Source: Euglena gracilis (Eukaryota). From it: a DNA stretch of 64,000 bases. The DNA lies in contig CP154954.1 in NCBI GenBank assembly GCA_039621445.1, positions 11,216,716 to 11,280,715 on the forward strand. Reading direction: 5' to 3'. This document shows, piece after piece, positions 39,609-53,000 of the stretch; the first letter of the stretch is position 1; each line of letters starts with the position of its first letter. A model generated the notes under the pieces. The model saw only the letters and a program-made list of their open reading frames with translations, made no database searches and had not been told where the DNA came from. The translations under genes and the position numbers were made by a program.

Positions 39609-42600
39609 GTTGGAACCCCACAAAGCACCAAGATTTTGGGTCCGCTGCACCTCCCTCCCCGGGTGAAGGGGTGCCCCATTTGGTGGGGCGGGACTGGTCC
39701 TCCCACCAGGCTTTCCAGCGGACCCCCTGGGTCAGGGTCATACATACATCTCTCTAAGGTTTTTCGACCCCCCCCCCGGGGGGGGGGGCGGCTACAGAAG
39801 CCAAAGGGCATCTAAGGGCGGGGCCGGCTGCAGCCAGCCCCGATTTGGGCCCAGCCCAGCCGCAGCAGCCCCCCCAGGGGGGGGGGGTGCTGCTAGCCCA
39901 GGTAGCCAGCCCCTTTTTTGGGGGTCCAGCCCAGAATTTTTCGGCGCGAAGCGCCGAAATTTTTTGAAAAACTGTGTTCAAAAGTGGCCAAAAATGCCCC
40001 CCCCCCCTCCTGGCCCGCAGGGGGGGTCCGGACCCCCCCCCCACCTGCCAGGGGGGTCCGGACCGGGGGGGGTTCCCGGGACCCCCCCCCCCAAAAAGGG
40101 TCAATTTTTTCCTCCGGCGCTTCGCGCCGAAATTTTTTTGCATTTTTGGCACATTTTTTGCTCAAAAAGTGCCCAAAATGGCACTTTTGGTCGTTTTGGG
40201 GGGTCAAAAATTTTCGGAAACCCAGACCGCGCAACTGTTTAGGTGGGGGGGTGGACCCCCCCACCCCCACCCCCTCCGGGCCGCAGGGGGGGGGTCCGGA
40301 CCACCCCCCCCCACCTGTCGAACCCTGCCCTGGGTCCTTAAAAAAAACAAGAGTGTGTCGTGAGAGGCTCCTCACCAGGGGCTGATGGTTGACCCCAGCA
40401 TTATTTCAAGAAATCATCATCCCACATATGCCGAAGCAGACGCGAAATGCTCTTTGCCCTGGTTTTTTTGAATTTTTTTTTCCACCTGTGAGTTCCATGC
40501 CCCTCCCCCAATAGTGTCCCATACCCCACCCCCCCCCCCCCGCCTCGGGACCCGAACAGCTGGTCCTAAAGGATTTTTATTGACCCCCCCCCCCCGATAG
40601 TGTCCATACCCACCCTGTGGTTCAGCCGGGTATGGGACATTATCGGGGGGGGGGGCACGGGTGTAGGGATGTTCAGTAAAGGCAAAGCGGCCGTCATGTT
40701 GGGTACGAGGCACTAAAGAATCCATACCCCCCCAATTGGAAGCCCTTCAGGTTTCCTGTCAAAACACCGAACAAGTCCACACAGCAAACAGGGCCAGAAT
40801 CTGCTGAAAAATTTGCACAAAAACAGGTCTCATGGAGGGGATATGCGGAGTGCATATTTTGCGCGCATTTCGCATATTTTGCATTTTTTATTATTATTTA
40901 TTATTCATTCATTTATTATTCATTATTTTTTTATTTTGTGTATTTTTTTGGCCAAACAGTGCATATGTCACACACTTTGTGAGGATATTTTGTCTGTTGC
41001 CACGTGTGTTTTGACCGCAAAATTTTTGAAATTTTGGGGGCAACCAAAATGGCCCCGAAATGGCCTGAAATGGTCAAAAACATCATATCAGTGGCATATC
41101 GGCATCAGTGGCAAAACGGCATATCAGTGGCCTGAAATGCCTTGCCACGTCACCTGAACACAACCAAAAATGATATGCTTTCCGCAGCTTTTCAGCACAA
41201 TTTTTCACACATTTTAGTGCATATTTTGTGGTCCCCCCACCTGAGGTCTCCAAATTTGATTTTTCTTTGCGTATTTTATTCCGGGGATTTATCAGGCCCA
41301 GAGGGTGACCTTAGCACACAGTTTTTTTTTAATTTTAAAAAGTCCTCTCTCGTCTGCTTGGTTCAAGTCCAAAAGGTTTTGGTTGTGGTTGCAGTGGTTC
41401 AGTTGGTCATTTCCAGGGGTTTTTTTTAGTCTTGGACCCCCTCCCCCTGGGGGGGGTCCCTTGGACCCCCTCCCCGGATAGGGGCTGGTGGGTATATCTT
41501 TTTCGGCGCCGAAATTTTTTTGAAAAATGTGCTATTTTTAGCATTTTTGGCGGTGGGTCCCCCGGACCCACCCACCTCCCGGGGGGGGGGGGGTCCATCC
41601 CAGGGGTGGGTGGGTGGGGGCCGACCCCACCCCCCCCGCCTTAACTCCCCCCCCCCCCCTTGTCCAACGACCACCCCCCCCCAGTCAGTAGCGATCTTTT
41701 TCCAGGTGATCTTTTTTTCCAGATGTTCGCGTTCTTACCTCCAGCCTTTTCTTACAACTTTCATGGCGGATTTATACCTGTGTGTATATACCTGCCCCCC
41801 CATTGTCTGACCTCCCCCCCCCGTCTCGTTGACACGGCGTGTCGTTGACACTTGTCTAAGCACCCCCCCCGGTTCGTACCCATCTTTTAAAAGAGTCACC
41901 TTGTTGGTGGATATCACATATGTGTACATGTACCAAAGTTACCGCTTGGTGTAGACCAGAAAGGAAAGCGTAGTTTTACCCCCCCTCCCCTAGTCGTAGA
42001 CACCCCCTCTTTACGACACCCCCCGGGTCGCAGGTTTGCAAGTTAGGGGTGTGTTACGGACCACACCCCCCGGTCACAGGTTGCAGGTTGCGAAAAATTA
42101 AAACCCACCTACCTATGACCCGCCCCCTCATTACGGACAACCCCCCGGTCACAGGTTAGGTGATGGGGTGTTAAGACCACACCCCCGGTTCACAGCGTTG
42201 CAGGAACCCGGTTCATACGACTAGGGGGGGGGGGTTTTACCACGATGCCACTGTAAGACTCCACCGAGTGTGACCATCTGTCTCTGTGCTGCATTGCCAT
42301 GTTGATGGAACGTTACAAGGTTTGTTTTTTTTACCTCTTACGGCGCGAAGCACCGATTTTTTGGGGGGTAATACGTTTTCCCCCCTTGTCTAAGCACCCC
42401 CCCCCCAGTTCTTACCCATTTTTTCTGGTTCTTAGACAAGGGGGGTACATGTGCTAATGTGATGTGTGCTATAGATGTGATGTGGGTTGGATTTGCAATG
42501 GCAGTCTTTTGCTCAGCCAGAATCTGAGTGTTGTGGCCATGTCAGGCAAAGGAAACTTTTTTCTTCACCTTGAGGCGAAGCGGGAGAAAGTGTTTTTGGC

Positions 42601-45517
42601 CCCGGTCTTGTCTAGCGACCACCCCCCCTGGTCAGTAGCGATATTTGGCCAAAATAGCTACCCCCCCCCCAGTCAGTAGCGATATTCAGTGGTTGTTGGA
42701 CAGGGGGGGGGTAAAAGAACCCCTGGTCAATTCCCTCTGTTCCACAAGAGCATTTCCTCATCATCATCCATATAAAAGCCAAACCAACCGACAACACAAC
42801 TGTACTTGTAGTTTGGTGGCCCATGTTGTCTGCAAATCGGGCCTATTACCTTTCTGTGTTGCTGTCAGCTTTGTTTCTTCACCTGTTCCAAACTCCCACT
42901 GATTTGAAAGTGAAGATGAAATGGGAGGCAGAGACGAACTCAGAATCACCAGAACAATCAAATGACGTCTGAAGAAAACTTTTCTCCCCCGAATTTGGAC
43001 AGACCCAAAGCATGTTCCTCACAGAAGAACGACGGAATGCCCAAATTGTGCAAAAATAACAGCAGAGGCACTCTGGAAAGTGAAACAAAAATGAGGATTT
43101 CAGCAGGGAGTTTTTCAAGGATGATCCCCACAAGCATTGCATCCTCCCCTCTCACCCCCCCTGTTCTTCTCAGTCTTTCCTCCTTTTCTTTTCTTTGCAC
43201 AAGGGATCAGGTCCATTGTGGGCACATTCACCCCCATCAAGCAGCGACATGCACCATCCATAGCGCACAGGATTACGGAAGCGGAATGCAATCCCTTCCG
43301 TCCCTTCGCTCTCATTTTGCACGCGACAAAAGTGGGAGTTCAGTTCAGTTCAGTGAACCCCCAGGGCGACTGGATCTCCCCTGGCATGTCTTCTTGTCTT
43401 TCTTCTCTTCTGGTCCACGTTTGTGTTTGCAAAAATGTGCCATTGATGGGCTCATTGCGGGAATTTGGTGATGGATTTTTGGTGGTGGCGACTAGTCGCT
43501 AGCGACCATTGGTGGTCGGGCCGACCACCAATAATAAGTCCACCCCCCCCTCTAAAGAAATTTTTAAGCCCCCCCCCCCCAATTTTTCAATCAAATGTGA
43601 AGGAAAATGACTCAAAACCCACCCAAATGCCTTTCAAAACCTCCATTTGGGGGTTAATTTGCAATTTGTGCAAGGCAAGGACGGCCGAGTTGGGCTGGCT
43701 CAAGAAGAATTCAAGATAATTCATGGTTTTCGACATGGGATTTGAAGAATTCAAGCAAACACCTGAATTTTTCCCACTCAGGGTTTTTGCCTCTGCCGAG
43801 TGTGAAGTTCGGCTCCCAGTCGCCCTGCTTCGTCTTGCATATATTTCGCTGCGTATTTGTCCAGTCAGCGATTCGGGCCTAAATGGGATCTCATCCAATT
43901 CTCAGCAGGAAAGGAACTCTGGATGCAAGGATACAGGTGTTGTGAATCTGACTCTACCCCATGTGCAGGGGGGGGGGGATGTGCTGCGCATTTTTGCGCA
44001 TTTTTGTCATTTTTTCAAAAAATGCGCATTTTTGCGCATTTTTTTCCATTCTCCCACTTTTTTTTTACACTTTTTGGAGGCATTTTGTCAATATTGTCCA
44101 TGTTGTCCACATTGTCCATATGCCAAAAGCAACACTTGACATTGATGTTCTTCAATACCGTTCTTCAGCACCAACCAAACCACATGCTCACCGAATTTTG
44201 CCCACATTCAACTAACCCATTTCTATAACCAACGAACCCATTTCCGCACTTTTTTCCACCCAAGGGACCCGCCTCAAGAAAAAACCGTTGGGTGATGAGG
44301 TGTGGGTACTCATCCAACGATGATGAGGACACCAGGGTTTTCAGAGACCCCACATCGAATCCTTCTCCCCTCGTCACAAGTAAGGGGCAACCATGGCTGA
44401 CATTGTTGGTTATGGTGGACAGAGAGTGACGCCTTGCTCGTGCATTTTTTTTTAACCAAAACTGCCTTCATTTCAGCTGTTTTTGGTGATTTTGGTTTAA
44501 TTTTGGGTTTATTGTTGGAAATTTTTCCAAGTCTTTTTTCCCTTAGGAATGTACAAACTCAGCGCATTTTTGCGCATTTTTTCCGAGGGCCGTCCAGCGC
44601 ATCCCCCCCCCCCCCTGGCATGTGATTGTACCGGATCAGCCCAGCCGGCGCAAAAGGGAATATTGAGCAATTGTCTGGAGTCATTTGAATGTGTGTGTTG
44701 GGAAGTTTTTTTTTCTTTGGGGACCACCCAGGATGGATGTGAAATATTTGCGCAAAGCGATGTACTTGCAGCGATCAATTTGTGTTGGGATTTGGTGTTG
44801 TGCAAGGATGGATGGGTGTGGCCCGCCTATCTCATGCCTTGATTCACAGTTCCCCCCAATCATATTCCATGGATGCCCACCTGGCATTATGGGTTGTCAC
44901 CCCACTTTGGGGACAGAACACCATGCACGCATCAGGCTTCATTACTTCATTATCAAAGTTGCATATTAGATGGGGTCATATCATCAGGGATTTCCAAATT
45001 AACAGCAGTCAGGGCTTGCCAAAACACATTTGGGTCAAAAATTGATGTTTTTTTGCATAATTGGTGGCTTTCGGGGCATTCTAGCAGTTTCGGTTTTTTG
45101 GACCTTTTTTTGACGGCCCATCTTCACTGGGAACCCCGGTGGGGGGGGGGGCGCTCAGCTAGCAGCCTTCTCCCAGGCAGCCCAAAACAGGGGTTTTTTT
45201 TAGTCTTGCACTGGGGGGGGTAGGATGGGTGGGTCCGGCTGAGCCCCCCCCCCCCCCCCGGGGGTGGTTTATGTTTGGCGCCGAAAATTTTTGGGGAAAG
45301 TGTTACCCCCCTCCCCCGGGGGGACCCACAGCTTTTACCCGAAAATGGCCAAAATCACGAAAAATGCTTAAAATAGCCCCTTTTTCAAATTTTTCGCCGA
45401 AAAGTATATCCCACCCCCACCCGGGGTTGGGGGCTCGGCCAGACCCACCCCCCCCCCCGGGGTCGAAGACTAAAACAAACCCCTGCACCCATCCAGCCTG
45501 GTGAAGGACCCTCCCAA

Positions 45518-45764
45518 CAGGCTTCTTTTTAAGTCACCTGACCCCCCCCCCCTGGGGGAGGGTGGGTGGGTCCGGGCCGGACCCCCCCCCTGGGGGGGGG
45601 GGGGTCCCGCGCCGGAGGCGCTGGGTATACCTTTTCGGCGCAAAGCGCCGAAAATTTTTGAAAATTGCCTTTAACGGGCCCGATTTTGGGGGTCCCCCCC
45701 CCCCGGGGGGTCCCGCGCCACCCTGGGTGGGTGGCCCCCCCCGGGGGTCTTAAAAAGAAGCCTG
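45518..45764. mobile_element. hAT-like MITE
   Basis: TIR CAGGCTTCTTTTTAAG / CTTAAAAAGAAGCCTG; perfect 8-bp TSD CCTCCCAA. Confidence 0.9.
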
Positions 45765-48433
45765 CCTCCCAAACTTGGGCAACTTGAAAGTATTTTTCAA
45801 AATTTTTTTAGCATTTTGTGCCAGGGGAAGGGAGGTCCGGCACCATCCCAGGCCCCCGGCAATTTTTGGGTATTAGGTCAAAAAAATTGAAATAACGTAA
45901 AAACCCCTCAATGGGGGGTGCCCTCACGATCCAACCAGGGTGTTGCTTGACAAGCCCCCCCCCCCAGGCACAGCTGAGAGGCTGTAAAGTTGTGGGCCAG
46001 GGGCTTTGGGGTTTTTTTAAGACTGGGGGGGAGGGGGGTCAAATTTTTTCTTTCGCACTGGGGCGAAAATCGGTCACTGGACTGCCCCACTGTTTAGGTG
46101 GGGGGGTGTCCCCCCCAGGGTTGTCGTTTTTTTTGTTTTTTTAAATAAAGCAAAAAAAAACATGTTTTTTAAAAAAACACCAAAAAACATGTTTTTTTGA
46201 AAAAGCAAAAATTGGCCTTTTTCCTTGTGAAATGGCCATTTTTTCGAGGAAAAAGTTCTGGGGGTGGTTCGGGTCACGGGGGAACACCACATTTTCGGTG
46301 GCCAAATTACCCCCCCCCCCCTAGTCGTACGACCACCCCTCATCTATGACCACCCCCCGGTCACAGGTTGCAGGTCATGGGGGTGTTATGACCACCCCCC
46401 CCGGTCACAGGTTGCAGGTTGCGAAAAATTTAACCCCCCAAAATAAGGTCCCCCCTGCTGGCGCGAAGCGCCGGATTTTTGAAAAATGGGACATTTGGGG
46501 GGGGTAAATCTGCCATTTTGGGACAGTTTTCACACACTTCTACGACCGCCCCCTCATCTATGACCACCCCCCGGTCACAGGTTGCAGGTTATGGGGGTGT
46601 TATGACCACCCCCCCCGGTCACAGGTTGCAGGAACCCGGTCATACGACTAGGGGGGGGGGTAGGAATCATTGAAAACGAATTTTGGGGGGAAATCCTTAA
46701 ATTAGGAACCCCCACACCTAAAAATAGGGTTTTGCATCCCAAAATTTGCAAAATTTATGCCTCAAAAGCAGGAATCTAGCTGAATATTTTGTCAAATTAG
46801 CATCACCGGCCAATTTTTTTCAGAAAAAAATTGGCCGAAAAGGATCTTAGGTCGGGTCACGGGGGGGGGGGGGTCACGGGGGGGGTTGCTGACCCCCCCC
46901 CATCCAAATAACTGGCGGAGTACCATGTTATTGGAACCGACTTTTGGCCCTGCCCCCCCCCCGCCAGGTTATTTGGGCCCTTTTTTTCAGCGTCGTAAAG
47001 GAATTTTCCTTAAAAAGGGGGTGCCAAGTTACTGGAAGCTTCTTTTTTGCCCCTCCCCCTGCCGCCACTGCCAGGGCCCCGCAAGGGCCCCGCCAGGTTA
47101 TTTTGGGGGGGGCGGGTTTAGCAGGGCTTGCTGTCGGACTTTTTTTTCCAGTGACAAATTTTTTGGAAAAAAAAAACTCCAAAACCCCCCCCCTGGTCAA
47201 TTGCCTGCACTTCAGCCTGGTTCCATCGGCTGACCGAGTGGGGAGAATACAAATGAGGCCTGAGTTTGACCCAAAGAATTGCAGTTATTCATACCTATTG
47301 GCAGTGCCACGTGCTATGGAATCAGCGAGAACAGCGTTGCCGAACATCCGCCGCTGTTTGCCCTCCAGCTTTGCAAAACTTTGCCATCGCCACAAAAAAG
47401 AATCAAGGTGTTTTCCAGTTTCAAGGTCTGATGTCATCATATCAATCAAGACCAGTTTCACTCTGATGTCAACACATGTTGCCATGTCATAGCTGGCACT
47501 TCGTTTAAAACGAAGTCAAAAAAAACAGGTTTTTTAAAAAAAAATATGTTTTTTTTTAAAAAAACATGTTTTTTTTTAAAAAAAACAAAAAAACGCCATT
47601 GAGGGTCCAGGGCAAAAAAAAATTTTGCTTTTGGTTTTAGCTTTTTTTGCCCATCCTCGGTCAGAGAAAGACACCAAATTTGGGATGTTTCAAGTTAGTT
47701 TAGAATGGTTTCAAGCCAAAATGGCAGAAAAATACCCTATTTTGACCATTCTTGTTTAAGACAACCAAAAGTATTGGTTTTAAAGCCATTTGAGCTAAGA
47801 TTGGTTCACCCCCGCCATCAAAGGCAAAATTTGGACCATCATTTTCCCTTTTGTTTTTTTTGCCGTTTTTTTTTGCCGGTTTTTTTTTAAAATAAAAAAC
47901 AAATAACGTTTTAAAGAAAACAAAGGGGAAAAAAAAACCGTCAGCTATGCGCCATGTCCAATGAACTTCCGCGAAGGGCGGAGTCAACCATCCGTAGGCT
48001 TCGTGGGTCCCTGTCGCAAAGCACCTTCGCCGATGCAGGGCGATGCGGGGAGTTTTTGGAATTTTTTGGAGGCGGGGATTTTGGATGGCTGAAGAGGGGT
48101 CCATATTTGGGCCCCTGCTGCGTGGTGCACCCTCCCTCCCCCGCAGACCAATCCAGCCTGCCCTTCATGTCTGCCCGTGCCTCTGCCTCTTCTGCCGCGC
48201 TGGACCCCTCCGTCCCCTCCGGGAGGTGTGTGACTCCCCTGCACCCGAAGGTGTCGTGCCCCTGCTACATACCTGCGTACCGCCTCACATTGGAGCTTGC
48301 TTCGTACCTGGGTCGGCGATGTTCCTCCGACACCTCGGGCTCCGCACTGTGCCCTTGTGAGGCCATGCCTTGCTCGCCGGCGGTGTTGTTTGGATTGTTT
48401 GGGTGCGTTGGGTTAGGAGGTCCCGCTTAGTGC

Positions 48434-49754
48434 TGTTGGGGGGTCCGGGAAACCCACGTGCGCCCGGAGTGCGGCCCCATTGATGGGGAAAGATACTCGC
48501 CGGCGACGCTTTGCGTACTGTGGTATGTTTTTGTTGTTGTTCTTCCCCTGGACAGCTTGACCTGTTGGGTTGTATGCCAAGGGAAAGTTTGCCTGGCGTG
48601 AATGTGGGTTGGATCACCAGGAGTTGTTCCCGTCGAGCGCCTGAGGGAAGGGCGTCCGGGGGGGGGGCACGGGTGGAGTCCATGAAGGCCTGGGAGGAGG
48701 CCCTTGTTGCCCCCAAGCCCCATGGCGTGGAGTGTGTTGGATTATCCCTTGGGTGGGGATGAGGGAGGCAGATGTCATGTTGTTGCCCATGGTATATGAG
48801 GATGGATGCATTGAGTTCGTAGGGGACGGAAGAGAGCGTGGGGGATGGTGGGGGGAAGGTTGGGAAGGGAGAAGTCCTTAGGGGATGCGAAGCGCGTCTG
48901 GATGGGCTCCTTTCCTAACCAGTGGGGTATCCTTAATTTTGACTTCCAATTCCAATGCCCAAATGTAGGAAGGTGAAGGAATGCATTTGGAGAGGGGGGA
49001 GAGTGGCAGAAGTGCATTGGGCATCTCCCCATGGATTGGAAGGCGGTTGGAGAAAAAAAGGATTTTTTACCCCCCATTGTTGGCGAGTGGTGTACCTTTG
49101 ATTTCTTTCCCACAGTGGGTTTCCCATTTACCATTGTTTTTGTTTATCTATTTGGCTGAGTTTGATTCACCATTGGCTGAGTTTGATTCATTATTGGCTG
49201 CGAGTTTGATTCATTGTCATTGGTCAAAGTCATTGTCATTGGTCAAGACAAGTCAATCGACAAAGCGGAAGTTGAAGTTTGCCTAAGGGGAAGACCGAAC
49301 ACCACCTCGAACCTTGAACCTTTCGTCCGTCCCCTCCCCCAAGGTATTGTGCCTAATTTTTTACAAAGGAAAAAAGGGGATATAGAATTTGGAAAGCGCA
49401 AGGATTTTCAGTCAATTTTACTGAAAACTTTACTGAAAATGTCCTCTTTTTCAGATGTGGAGAGGCAAGGGTTGGAGCCGGGGAAGGGGGAGGTATGGGG
49501 CCCCGCCCCCTTACGTTGCACAAGCAAGGGAGTGGCAAGCGGCCCAAGACCGAGAAAGGGCGAGGGTGCAAAGGATAGTGACCCAGGTATGTTTGGGGAT
49601 ATGCAAGGGGGGGTATGCATGAAGCCCGAAGGGAATCGTGTTTCTGTTGGATCCCCTGAAACTGCGGAGGGAAATAAAGATCCTACGCCGCCGGAGGCCC
49701 ATCCCGGGTTCCCCCTCGGGGGGGCGGACACGGGGTGGGCGTCCCGCGTGAACA
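48434..49754 (+). repeat. 5' LTR (1,321 bp)
   Basis: About 8 differences seen by eye vs the 3' LTR (~99% identical). Confidence 0.96.
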
Positions 49755-49766
49755 TGGTCGCAGAGG
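49755..49766 (+). promoter_or_regulatory. Primer-binding site, tRNA-iMet-like
   Basis: TGGTCGCAGAGG directly after the LTR; one mismatch from the complement of the animal iMet 3' end (TGGTAGCAGAGG). Confidence 0.7.
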
Positions 49767-50041
49767 TTTGTGCTGCGGTTGCTGTTTGGTGTTTTTCAGC
49801 TGTTTCAAATTCCATGTTTCCCAGCGTAAACATGGTAATCAGAGGGGCGAAAGCTGCAATCAGTTTTCAGGTTGGATTGTCAGTGAGTGATTTTGTCTGT
49901 ATTTGTTTTGCCCTGAGTTTCGCAAAGACAAATTTTCAGACACCAACAATTCTGGAACCGGTTGCGGTGATGGGTTAAATTTTTTTGGTGACGATTGTCA
50001 TCACGGGTTTGAAGACAGCAGCTGGGTGGTGTTGGTTTGTA

Positions 50042-53000
50042 ATGTCGCCGACATTGCAATTCAGGGAGATCCAAGGGGGTTCCTGGACGGAACCCCAGAT
50101 TTGTTTTGCTGATCACAACATTCTGGGTCACCATGAAGGTTTTCTGTTGCCTCCCAACCAATCTGAAAAGAATCCCAGTTTTTTGCAGGCGTCAATACCC
50201 CAGGTGCTGCGAGAGGGCCTCGAGGACCGAAGCCCTGGCCTGGAGGCCACAAGTTCAATTGGCAGCGGACCGAAATATTATCAATTGAACGAGGAAGGCC
50301 GACGGGACCAGAAGCCCAGCAAGCAAGACGACGAAGTGGCAAGGTGTGACGCTGGTGTTCAACAATTTTCAGTCCCAGGGGGTCTGGAAATTAGGGAGGC
50401 TGAGTCGCAATTTATGAGTGGAATTGCACAGCCCAGCCCAACGCCAGCTCAGTGCCAGCCACAGCCAACAGAAATGAGTCAGCAAGTTTTTTCCCACGAG
50501 AGTTTGGGAGTTGAAGCCCGTTTGCAATTTCAATTGGGAATTGCATTGCTAAACGCAGGGCCAGCCCAGCCACAGCCAGCCGTCGAGGGGGCAGCCCAGC
50601 CCCAGCCAGCAGTTGGGGGGCCAGCCCAGCACCAGCCAAACGCAGGACCGGCCCAGTCAACAGGCCAGCAGTTTTTGGGTCAGAGAAGCCCAGAAATTGC
50701 AGTGCCCCAGCCTATCATGCACGGGCCAGCCCAGCCAGGAATGCAGGAGCTGGCCCAGTCAACCGGCCAGCAGTTTTTGGGTCAGAGGAGCCCAGAAATT
50801 GCAGTGCCCCAGCCAATTACGCACGGGCCAGCCCAGCCCATCATGCAGGGGCCGACCCAGTCAATTGGCCAGCAGTTTTTGGGTCAGAGGAGCCCAGAAA
50901 TTGCAGTGTCCCAGCCAATCATGTACGGGACAGCCCAGCCCATCATGCAGGAGCCGGCCCAGTCAACCAGCCAGCAGTTTTTGGGTCAGAGGAGCCCAGA
51001 AATTGCAATGCCAGGGCCAGCCCAGCCAGCCCAGCCCATCATGGAGCCAGCCCAGTCAATGATGCAAGAGCCAGCCCACCCCGTGATACAAGAGCCAGCC
51101 GAGCCAGCCCAGCCCATCATGGGGCCAGCCCAGCCCATGATGCGAGAGCCAGCCCAGCCCATCATGGGGCCAGCCCAGCCCATGATGCAAGAGCCAGCCC
51201 AGCCCATCATGGGGCCAGCCCAGCCCATGATGCAAGAGCCAGCCCAGCCCATCATGGGGCCAGCCCAGCCCATGATGCAAGAGCCAGCCCAGCCCATCAT
51301 GGAGTCAGCCCAGCCCATGATGCAAGAGCCAGCCCAGCCCATCATGGGGCCAGCCCAGCCCATGATGCAAGAGCCAGCCCAGCCCATCATGGGGCCAGCC
51401 CAGCCCATGATGCAAGAGCCAGCCCAGCCCATCATGGGGCCAGCCCAGCCCATGATGCGAGAGCCAGCCCAGCCCATCATGGGGCCAGCCCAGCCCATGA
51501 TGCAAGAGCCAGCCCAGCCCATCATGGGGCCAGCCCAGCCCATGATGCAAGAGCCAGCCCAGCCCATCATGGGGCCAGCCCAGCCCATGATGCAAGAGCC
51601 AGCCCAGCCCATCATGGGGCCAGCCCAGCCCATGATGCAAGAGCCAGCCCAGCCCATCATGGGGCCAGCCCAGCCCATGATGCGAGAGCCAGCCCAGCCC
51701 ATGGTGCAAGAGCCAGCCCAGCCCATCATGGAGTCAGCCCAGCCCATGATGCAAGACCCAGCCCAGCCCATCACGGAGCCAGCCCACCCCAGAATGATGC
51801 AAGAGCCAGCCCAGCCCATGATGCAACAGCCAGCCCAGTCAACCAGCCAGCAGTTTTTGGGTCAGAGGAGCCCAGAAATTGCCGTGATGAATGCCCATGG
51901 TTATGATGATGACTGGGAGCCAGATCCCGCTGAATTGGCAGTGATCCGGCTGCAATTTCTCTACGGAATTGATGACGAGCCAGCAGTCCCAGTCAGTTTT
52001 TTTGGTTGGAACCCGGTGAAAAGCATAGGTATGATCACTGCCAGCAGGGGGGACCCAGTGGATGTCGATGAGGAGACCCAACCCCCCCCTGGTGGTGTGT
52101 TGGTTGTGCCCAGTAATTCAGTGTCAGTGGCCCAGTCCTGTGGACCCATGGGGGGTTTGGGAAACCCACGAGATCCCCCCGAGTGGGACGGGTCTTGGAC
52201 AGGGTCGGGCATTGAATGGATCACCCATGCAGCAGCAGCCAGAGCTGCTGTGATGGTGGCGAGGGGGGCGGTGCAAATCATTGGCCCCAGGATTTTGCAA
52301 TTGGAGCAAAATTATGGGACTATGCAAGATCAGGTGGGGGCCATGATGCCATTCTTGCATATGTTGGGGCAGTCCGCTCAGGGATTGTCGGCGATGCAGG
52401 CAGTGGAGGGGCAAACGGGGCAGGGGCTGCAATTTTTACGTGCGGCCAGCGAGGGGTTGGGCAACCAGATTCACAATTTGCGAAACGACGTTATTTCAGA
52501 AATTGCTAGGATTCACAGTGAAATTGATGGCAAACTACAGGGGGTGGGCAGCCAGCGCGCCGATTTCACGCAGCAATTGGCCAGCGTATGCGCACGACAT
52601 CAGGCAGAATTGGCAGGGGGGGGGGGCAATGAACTCATTGGCCCCAGGCTGATTTGGCAATGGAGCTTTGAGGCAGTAAAGGAAGACATGTTTGCAAGCT
52701 ATTCCGCACAATTTTCAAACGAAAGTTCAATTTATGCTGAGTTAAGGGAGGCCCAGAGAAAACTCAGAAACAAAATGAAAAAACGAGTGAAGGTTTTGGA
52801 AGAGTGGGTTCGGTCTCGGCCAGGGGGGGGAGGACCAGGGGGATTGACCCCAATTGGCGAAATCAGATCCGAGATTCAGCAGCTGCAGGGGTGGGTGCAC
52901 GCACAGCAGCGTAGATGGGCAGAGAGAAATTCTGCAAAATCTGCTTGCCGTGGAAAGTGGGCAGATGGCAGCGAGTGGAAGGGTGGTGGGATGTGCATGC

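Noticed and set aside
45188-45485. Further CAGG...CCTG elements (also 43966-44617) as TSD evidence
   Set aside because: TIRs are present but flanking 8-mers do not match exactly, so they were not counted.
28543-47950. Numerous Gly/Pro-rich short ORFs
   Set aside because: Products of G/C homopolymer-rich MITEs; only the exons listed are supported.
49214-49978. 254-aa ORF overlapping the 5' LTR and PBS (207 aa at the 3' LTR)
   Set aside because: Non-ATG start, no recognisable motif, crosses the LTR boundary; not supportable without expression data.
51101-51685. CRISPR-like periodicity
   Set aside because: Contiguous coding tandem repeat without unique spacers; eukaryotic context; no cas genes.
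50986-51819. Antisense ORFs (MGWAG.../HHGLGW... repeats)
   Set aside because: Shadow frames of the 45-bp coding repeat.
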